Shown here: positions 28,311 to 34,653 of the stretch, in pieces
Numbering within the stretch: the stretch's first letter is position 1
Layout: each line of letters opens with the position of its first letter
Origin: an uncultured virus (IMG/VR IMGVR_UViG_3300043101_000273)
Taxonomy: Duplodnaviria > Heunggongvirae > Uroviricota > Caudoviricetes
DNA length: 34,653 nucleotides
Virus record (IMG/VR): IMGVR_UViG_3300043101_000273
Reading direction: 5' to 3' (one strand)
Notes under the pieces: model-generated
Database searches by the model: none
What the model was told of the DNA's origin: nothing
The model's input: the letters and a program-made list of their open reading frames with translations, nothing else
Position numbers and translations under genes: made by a program

Positions 28311-29030
28311 ATGGCAGGAGATTTGATAAGGGTTGGTCAATGTAAAGTCTGTAAATCTAAGTACAGAAACTTAATTGAAACTTTACACACTAAAGGATTT
28401 AATCCTCAAAAAATTTATGATTATCTGCAATCATTATCTGACCCTGATGAAAAAGCAATTATTATTAAAGAAGATATTAAACCATCTGCAATTCGTAGGC
28501 ATATAGATAGGCATTATGATGCACAAGAAAAGAAAGTCATAGAAAGTACATCTACTCAAACAAGAATTGAAAAAGCAAGAAATGATTATAAAGAGGGTAG
28601 AGATATAACTATAAATAAAGTTAATGCCATATCTATGCAAATTGATATTGCTTTAGCTAAAATGGAATCATTAGATAATATGTCAAATGAAGCTATGAAT
28701 CATAAATTGACTATCTCTTATATGAATACAATAAAGGGTTTAATAGAAACATTAGGTAAACTTACTGGCGAATTAAAGCAAGAGGGTACTATTGATGTTA
28801 ATTTCTTTGGTGATGAAATAACAAAATTTGCTGAAATTGTTGTTTTAACTATTCGTAGTGCAGATAATAGATTGGGATTGAATGGTGAATTGGAGAATGT
28901 ATTCTCAGAAGAATTTAAAAAGAGATGGGATAGTTATATTGATGTACAACATAAAAAGTTAAACAAAGAATTACCACTTGATTATGGCAATAATGAATTT
29001 AATGTTAATACATTTAATGATAATAGTTGA
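28311..29030 (+). CDS. CxxC...HxxxH zinc/HTH-like protein with helical C-terminus (possible terminase small subunit)
   Basis: CKVC, SAIRRHIDRH; ATG 28311 follows GTGGTG RBS; function is inference. Confidence 0.6.
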   Translation: MAGDLIRVGQCKVCKSKYRNLIETLHTKGFNPQKIYDYLQSLSDPDEKAIIIKEDIKPSAIRRHIDRHYDAQEKKVIESTSTQTRIEKARNDYKEGRDITINKVNAISMQIDIALAKMESLDNMSNEAMNHKLTISYMNTIKGLIETLGKLTGELKQEGTIDVNFFGDEITKFAEIVVLTIRSADNRLGLNGELENVFSEEFKKRWDSYIDVQHKKLNKELPLDYGNNEFNVNTFNDNS

Positions 29031-29033
29031 TGA

Positions 29034-29063
29034 AAAAAGGAGAGTATTTAAACTCTCCTTTTT
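29034..29063. terminator. bidirectional terminator
   Basis: AAAAAGGAGAGT/ACTCTCCTTTTT. Confidence 0.8.
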
Positions 29064-29068
29064 CAATA

Positions 29069-29520
29069 TTAGTCGTAATAACCATTTTCTATTTTTTCTT
29101 TTACTTCTTCAATTGATTCTTTCATTAAATCATCAATAATATCGTTCATTTTATAAGAAGAATATTGAGGATTAACATATAAATTCATTTCTTCAGGAGA
29201 AAAATCAAAATTATAACCTCTAATAATGCTATTTATTTGGTCTTCTTCGAATTTATTACAATTTTTTTCAAGAAACTTAACACAATCACTATTTTTATCA
29301 TAGCCCTCTTTTAAACACTTAAGCATTGTGTCCATTTTTTTAACAGTATAATTAGGTTTTACAAAAAACTAATATCTTCTACATCAAAATCACACGCATA
29401 TATTCCATCATATATTACGTTTAATTGAGCCTTGTTAAACTTTCCACTATTTTTACATTTTTCATAAAAGTTATCTGCTTCGGTAGTGTAGGCTTTTTTA
29501 ATTAATCTTTTTATTTTCAT
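29069..29520 (-). pseudogene. family C repeat protein with a 1-nt frameshift in a homopolymer
   Basis: ATG 29520 (GAGAGG RBS) gives MKIKRLIKKA..CKNSGKFN..; adding one T to the T6 run (A6 at 29363-29368) joins it to ORF 29069..29335 via FFVKPNYTVKKM. Confidence 0.75.
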
Positions 29521-29566
29521 TTTTATTTACCTCTCTTATAATATTTTTGTTACTTATAAAATATAA

Positions 29567-30735
29567 GGCTTTGTCATAACAAACAGTTGACTTTTATTAG
29601 AAATCGTGATATAATAACATCGTAGTTAGAGACGGAATAATGCCATAGTAAAGGAGTGTTGACAAATGCCTACAATACAGGATGCTTTAAACATAATCAA
29701 TAAGCTGAGTGCAGCCGAACGAAAAACTCTCAAATTAATGCTGTTAATTTCTGCATTTGTTAAAACTATGGATATTGAGGAATTTGTAACTAAGGATAGA
29801 TTCGCCAAGGGCAGAGTATGCCCTATTTGCGGTGGTACACATATAGTTCGTAATGGTCATAGAAAAGATGGTACTCAGAGATATGTATGCAGAGAATGTG
29901 GTAAATCATTCGTAATAACAACAAACTCTATCGTATCAGGCACAAGAAAAGACCTGTCTGTATGGGAAAAATACATTGATTGTATGATGAATGGGTTATC
30001 TATTCGTAAGACAGCAACTATTTGTGGTATTCATAGAAATACGGCTTTTATTTGGAGACAGAAAATTTTAGATGCACTTCAAAATATGGCAAATGGTGTA
30101 AACTTAGAAGGTATCATTGAAGCAGATGAAACTTTTTTCGCAATTTCATACAAAGGAAATCATAAAGACAGCCCTAACTTTACTATGCCCGTAAATCACA
30201 CAAGCGTGGTCATTCTACGCATATTCGTGGTTTGTCAAGAGAAAAGGTATGTGTTCCCTGTGCGGTAAATAGGTGTGGTATGTCTATTTCTAAGATAACA
30301 AACACAGGTAGAGTTGCTACTAAGGATTTGCACCATATTTATGACGGTAGGATTAAAGAACACTCTACTCTTGTTACTGATAAAATGAACTCTTACGTTA
30401 GATTTGCCAACGCCAATGGTGTTGAATTAATACAATTGAAAACAGGCAAAGCAAAAAAGGGTATCTATAACATTCAGCATATAAATAACTATCATAGTCA
30501 GTTAAAGCATTTCATAGATAAATTCAATGGGGTTTCTACTAAATACTTAAATAACTACCTTATATGGCATAACTTTGTAAATTATGCCAAAGAAACGGAT
30601 ACGGAGAAGAAGATTATTCTCTTAACTTTTGTTTTAACTACTTTAAAAACTGATAGATGTAGAGATTTATCAAGTAGACCAGCTGTACCCTTGATTGCTT
30701 GACTTTACGATTTTGTTGGTCTTGATAAAAAAGCT
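29567..30735 (+). mobile_element. IS1595-family insertion sequence
   Basis: Left end GGCTTTGTCATAACAAAC at 29567, internal promoter TTGACT-17-TATAAT (29587-29615), higher GC; right end degenerate/uncertain, no TSD found. Confidence 0.75.
29666..30702 (+). pseudogene. IS1595 transposase split by a 1-nt frameshift
   Basis: CPIC..CREC zinc ribbon, HTH, EADET, LVTD, HINNYHS, GVSTKYL; one extra base at CCC 30188-30190 restores MPRKSHKRGHSTHIRGLSREK. Confidence 0.88.
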
Positions 30736-30746
30736 TACCACAATAA

Positions 30747-30775
30747 AATAAGAGGGAAATTTATACCCTCTTATT
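30747..30775. terminator. intrinsic terminator
   Basis: AATAAGAGGG/CCCTCTTATT. Confidence 0.7.
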
Positions 30776-30803
30776 ATTGATTATAAGTTATATTTTTCAA
30801 CAA

Positions 30804-31328
30804 TTATCTCTCAGAATAAAAATCTTCCGTATTTTCTTGTTGCCACAGCAAATCCTCTTTCATTTCTTTCATCTTGTCAGCATTAAATTCAGGTTTTGCA
30901 TATAATTTCACATCTTCTATATCTAATCCGCATTCAAAACCGTCTAATATCTGATACATTTGTTTGTAATCAAACTCAGGTTTTGCATATATTGATACAT
31001 CAACTCCATTTCTAAGTCCACATTTTATTTGCTGCATTTGGGATGCTTCAAATTCAGGTTTTGCATATATTGATACATCAAATCCAATGCTAAGTCCACA
31101 TCTTATTTGATACATTTGGTCGGCATTAAACTCAGGTTTTGCATATGTTTTTACTTCTTCAATTGTTAAATTATCATAACAAAAACCACCTTTTATTTGG
31201 GATAATTGGTTTTCATTAAATCCTGCATTTTCACAAGTTTCCATAAATTCTTCTGGTGTAGTAATTTGAGATAATGCTAATTTATTTAATCTTCTAACAA
31301 TTCTATTTTTAAATTTATTATATTTCAT
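30804..31328 (-). CDS. helical-repeat protein, family C
   Basis: Four YAKPEF repeats, near-identical at DNA level; GAGGGAG RBS. Confidence 0.9.
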   Translation of the reverse strand: MKYNKFKNRIVRRLNKLALSQITTPEEFMETCENAGFNENQLSQIKGGFCYDNLTIEEVKTYAKPEFNADQMYQIRCGLSIGFDVSIYAKPEFEASQMQQIKCGLRNGVDVSIYAKPEFDYKQMYQILDGFECGLDIEDVKLYAKPEFNADKMKEMKEDLLWQQENTEDFYSER

Positions 31329-31372
31329 ATTTATTCTCCCTCACTTTATATTTTTATTTATTTGTTTCTTAC

Positions 31373-31417
<45 letters not shown>

Positions 31418-31458
31418 AATTCGGCAAAAGTAAATCTTTTAATAATAAAAAAGAGGCT

Positions 31459-31884
31459 TTAGCAGCCTCTTTTATTGTACTTATATAAATCGTGATTATA
31501 TATATACTTAACTAATTCATCAGCAACTATCTTCTTGTAAAATTGAACGTGATATTCAACTTTTCTATTACCTAATCTATATAAATTTACGTGATATAAT
31601 TTTGTTTTCTGATTTTTATTCGTAGGAACTTCAAATCTCCAATTATTATATTCACTTTCAATAAAGAACATATTAAATTTATACTCATATTTAAGATTAT
31701 ACTTTTCACAAGCATTTATTACCTTATTCATATAAACAGTTTTATAAATACAATTACAATCACAATCGTGTAACTCTAAATCCTCTATACCTATTTTAGC
31801 ACAAGTTTTCTTTTGTTTTCTTGTTAAAAAACAACACTCAGGCAAGTGACATTGATTAGAAAAAATATCTAAAAGATATTTCAT
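31459..31884 (-). CDS. hypothetical Cys/His-rich protein
   Basis: ATGA overlap with dut; KLYH..YHVQF..HD pattern. Confidence 0.8.
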   Translation of the reverse strand: MKYLLDIFSNQCHLPECCFLTRKQKKTCAKIGIEDLELHDCDCNCIYKTVYMNKVINACEKYNLKYEYKFNMFFIESEYNNWRFEVPTNKNQKTKLYHVNLYRLGNRKVEYHVQFYKKIVADELVKYIYNHDLYKYNKRGC

Positions 31885-32312
31885 TTTGTACCAGTACTAC
31901 CGAAGCCACTTCTATCTTTCTCGTCCAAATGTTCAACTTCTTCAAATTCAATCTTAGGCTGATTTTCAACAATTCTAAATTGACATATTCTATCATTCTT
32001 ATGAATAATAGTATCTCTTAATGCGATTGCAGGATATAACCAACAATCATTATCACCACAATATGAATTATCTATAACAGCTTGATGGTTTGCCTGAATA
32101 ATACCAAAATTCTTAAAAGTTGAACTTCTTGGTACAATATGAGCTTCGTACCCCTTTGGTAATTTCATACCAACTCCTAATGAAATTAATTTAAAATCAC
32201 CTTGCTTCATTTCTACTTCTTCTGCACTTCTTAAATCTATCCAATCACTTTTTCCATCAATGTACTCTAACTTTATTATTTCATTGTCAAAATATTTAAT
32301 TTCAATTTTCAT
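31881..32312 (-). CDS. dut: trimeric dUTPase
   Basis: [31 protein letters not shown] motifs. Confidence 0.95.
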   Translation of the reverse strand: MKIEIKYFDNEIIKLEYIDGKSDWIDLRSAEEVEMKQGDFKLISLGVGMKLPKGYEAHIVPRSSTFKNFGIIQANHQAVIDNSYCGDNDCWLYPAIALRDTIIHKNDRICQFRIVENQPKIEFEEVEHLDEKDRSGFGSTGTK

Positions 32313-32329
32313 TTTTATATTTTCCTTTC

Positions 32330-32494
32330 TTATGGAAGTTTATAAGTTAAATCTAATAATCCTTTTTTTGATTCAGTATTTTCATTTTCTTCGGTAGTTG
32401 TTTTTTGTTCATCAGTAACAGTTTTTATTAAAACATCATTTTCAAATATTTGAGTTATTGTCTTATGTATTTCAGTAACTATTACTTTTCTCAT
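32330..32494 (-). CDS. small protein (54 aa), not in the ORF track
   Basis: [26 protein letters not shown]...YKLP*, fills the nrdG-dut gap, GGAGTAGGA upstream. Confidence 0.7.
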   Translation of the reverse strand: MRKVIVTEIHKTITQIFENDVLIKTVTDEQKTTTEENENTESKKGLLDLTYKLP

Positions 32495-32499
32495 TATTC

Positions 32500-33072
32500 C
32501 TACTCTCCAAACAATAATTCTACTTTATTATTCTTTAATGTTTTATTTATATCAATAACTCTTTGATTAGTACTACCAGCAAATTTATATCTTAAATCTT
32601 TTAATTCATCAACAAATTGCCCATCAACTAAAACATCAATATTATTTATAGCTAATCTTCTGTAATTATCATAAATAGTATTTGCTTCGTAATACTTTTC
32701 AATATTATCCATATCAGTCATATCAACAAGTTTTAATTTAAATAAAGCATCATAATTATATCCTGTATATAACCATATCTTTTTTGTTTTGTATCTATTT
32801 TTTATATTATTAATTAATTTTAATACAGTTTCTACATTTTCATCTGCTAAAGGCTCTCCACCAAGAATACTAATTCTTTTGATGTAATCTTTATTTGCTA
32901 ATTCAATAAAATTATTTTCAATTTCTTCATTCCATTCTTTTCCACCATTAAAATCCCAAGTTTCTTTATTAAAACAGTTTTTACAATGGAAATGACAACC
33001 TTGTACAAATAAAGAAATGCCAATTCCTAATCCATTACTGATATCCATATCTCTTATGGAAGCATAATTCAT
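32500..33072 (-). CDS. nrdG: anaerobic ribonucleotide reductase activating protein (radical SAM)
   Basis: GCHFHCKNCFN (CxxxCxxC), LGGEP, DVLVDG, GSTNQRVID. Confidence 0.95.
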   Translation of the reverse strand: MNYASIRDMDISNGLGIGISLFVQGCHFHCKNCFNKETWDFNGGKEWNEEIENNFIELANKDYIKRISILGGEPLADENVETVLKLINNIKNRYKTKKIWLYTGYNYDALFKLKLVDMTDMDNIEKYYEANTIYDNYRRLAINNIDVLVDGQFVDELKDLRYKFAGSTNQRVIDINKTLKNNKVELLFGE

Positions 33073-33161
33073 TTAATTCACCCCTTTCCTTATTTTTATT
33101 TCTATCTTTTATATTAAAAATATTTATTATTATTAAGTGTTAATTTTTTAACAATCTTATC

Positions 33162-33190
33162 TTGACAAATTATAACATTTATGCTATAAT
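33162..33190 (+). promoter_or_regulatory. sigma-A promoter with extended -10
   Basis: TTGACA-17 nt-TGcTATAAT. Confidence 0.85.
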
Positions 33191-33255
33191 ATATGTAATT
33201 AAGGTTTTGCTATTATAAAGAATATAAATATTTTTTAAATAAAGGGGGATTTTTT

Positions 33256-33522
33256 GTGAGCGAACAGTTGCAAAAAATAAACAGCATTTTAACAAGTTTT
33301 AATAATACATTTAAATTAGAAATACACGAAAGTAATGGCGATGAAGTAAATGGATTTACAATTAAAGAAACTACTGGAGACGGTAGAGATTTTATAAATG
33401 AGATTGTAGATTTATTTGAAAAAGTTATTACTAATAGTACGGAAGATTATGAATTAGTATATAATGAAGAAAAAGGATTGGTGCTTGCTAAGAAAGTACC
33501 TAGTGTAAATTATGAAATATGA
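33256..33522 (+). CDS. hypothetical protein (88 aa)
   Basis: AAGGGGG RBS, GTG start. Confidence 0.75.
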   Translation: MSEQLQKINSILTSFNNTFKLEIHESNGDEVNGFTIKETTGDGRDFINEIVDLFEKVITNSTEDYELVYNEEKGLVLAKKVPSVNYEI

Positions 33523-33721
33523 TATAAATAAAATAAATAATATTTATAAAAAGAAATTTGTAATAACAAAGCCTGTTAAAAAAGATGATGAATATTGGCT
33601 TAATAAATTTATTGAAGATTGTCCGAATTTAAATAGTATGGAAGATTTGGAAGAAAGTATTCATCAATTATATTTATCTTTAGATATAAGTAAAAAAGAA
33701 CAAGAAATTTCTGAATCCTGA
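33512..33721 (+). CDS. hypothetical protein (69 aa)
   Basis: Overlaps upstream gene; followed by terminator AATCCTGAT/ATCAGGATT-T run. Confidence 0.65.
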   Translation: MKYDINKINNIYKKKFVITKPVKKDDEYWLNKFIEDCPNLNSMEDLEESIHQLYLSLDISKKEQEISES

Positions 33722-33943
33722 TTTAAATATCAGGATTTTTTTTATATAAAAAATGAACCACAGGATAAAAATTACTTTTTAAAATTCTAATTATACTATA
33801 ACTTCTTTTTAAATATTTGTCGTTACAACAATGAGAGATATATTAAATTTGGAGGTAAAAATGGTTATTATAACTTGTAATTATAAGAGTATAATCAACC
33901 ACATTTTAAAACTTTTATATGCTATAGTAACCGAAAGAGTATT

Positions 33944-34423
33944 ATGGAAGTAATTAAAAGAGATGGACACAAGGATGTATTTGACGAAAATAAAATTATT
34001 AGTGCTTTAACTAAGACATTTATTGAAGTTGATGGTGAAATTACAGAAGAAAGTAAAACTAAAATCTTAAATATTGCTAATAGCATTAACAAAAAGAACA
34101 AGTTAATCACAATAGAAGAAATTCAAAACATTGTAGAAGATAAGTTAATGGCAAGCAATAGAAAAGATGTTGCAAGAGCTTATATCAGATATAGATATAA
34201 GAGAGAATTAGTTAGACAGGGGAATACAACAGATAAGAGTATTAAGGAATTAATAGAGGGTACTAATGATTATTGGAACACAGAAAATTCTAATAAAAAT
34301 CCAAGAGTTGTAACTACTCAAAGAGATTATTTAGCTGGTATTACAAGTACAGATATTGCAACAAGATTTTTGTTGCCTGATGACATTGTAAAGGCTCACG
34401 ATGAGGGTATAATTCATTTCCAT
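33944..34423 (+). CDS. nrdD: anaerobic (class III) ribonucleoside-triphosphate reductase, exon 1
   Basis: ATP-cone VIKRDG..EEIQNIVE..ARAYIRYR, ENSNK, QRDYLAG, AHDEGIIHFH; frame breaks where HD is expected. Confidence 0.92.
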
Positions 34424-34653
34424 AATTTAAAAATTGTGGCTTAATGTAGCAATACATTATGAAAATCTAATGAACCTTAATGTAAGGGTGTGGATTTAAG
34501 GATTTTTTATAAATCTGCTAATGGGAGAAGAAATCATTCTAATCTCTATGCTAAAAATATTAAAAAGTTGTGGTTGATTTTTTAATATTAAAGTTCACAG
34601 ACTATCGAAAGTTTTATTAAAACATTTAATAGAATTAGTAGAGTATACATAGA
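34424..34653 (+). ncRNA. group I intron in nrdD (5' part; continues beyond window)
   Basis: P1 CCAU/AAUUU-AA-AAAUUGUGG with U-G at the splice site; P2 TAATGTA-GCAA-TACATTA; P3 TGAAC/GTTCA; P- and Q-like GCTAATGGGAGAA and AATCTCTATGCTAA; R-like CAGACTATCGAAAG. Confidence 0.88.

Noticed and set aside
30181..30270. Programmed ribosomal frameshift in the IS1595 transposase
   Set aside because: IS1595 transposases are normally single ORFs, and there is no slippery heptamer at the shift point
33557..33573. 15/17 match to the inverted IS1595 left end, suggesting a 4-kb composite element carrying dut and nrdG
   Set aside because: Lies inside a plausible CDS and has no target-site duplication matching the left flank AAATATAA

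Overview
Very AT-rich window that most likely comes from a large (jumbo-type) phage of an anaerobic Bacillota/Clostridia-like host. This is inferred from the class III ribonucleotide reductase genes, dUTPase, an orphan C5 methyltransferase, the many short monocistronic units with consensus sigma-A promoters and the absence of host housekeeping genes. The left two thirds are an 'early/accessory' region. It holds about 13 copies of one unknown 155-180 aa protein family, 3 ArdA-like proteins flanking a methyltransferase, a 2.5-kb non-coding TATATAG-repeat tract, and a TnpB-only IS200/IS605 element that splits one family member. At about 21188-22120 a promoter-to-terminator unit of about 930 nt has no credible ORF but carries many nested helices with + strand G-U pairs; this candidate giant structured ncRNA is the best novel-system lead. 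The right part has a 1976-aa Listeria-Bacteroides-repeat-like protein, a CxxC/HxxxH protein, helical-repeat proteins with basic leaders, a frameshifted IS1595, an (AATA)11 microsatellite, dut, nrdG, and nrdD interrupted by a group I intron that runs off the window end. All family assignments come from motif recognition by eye; no searches were run.
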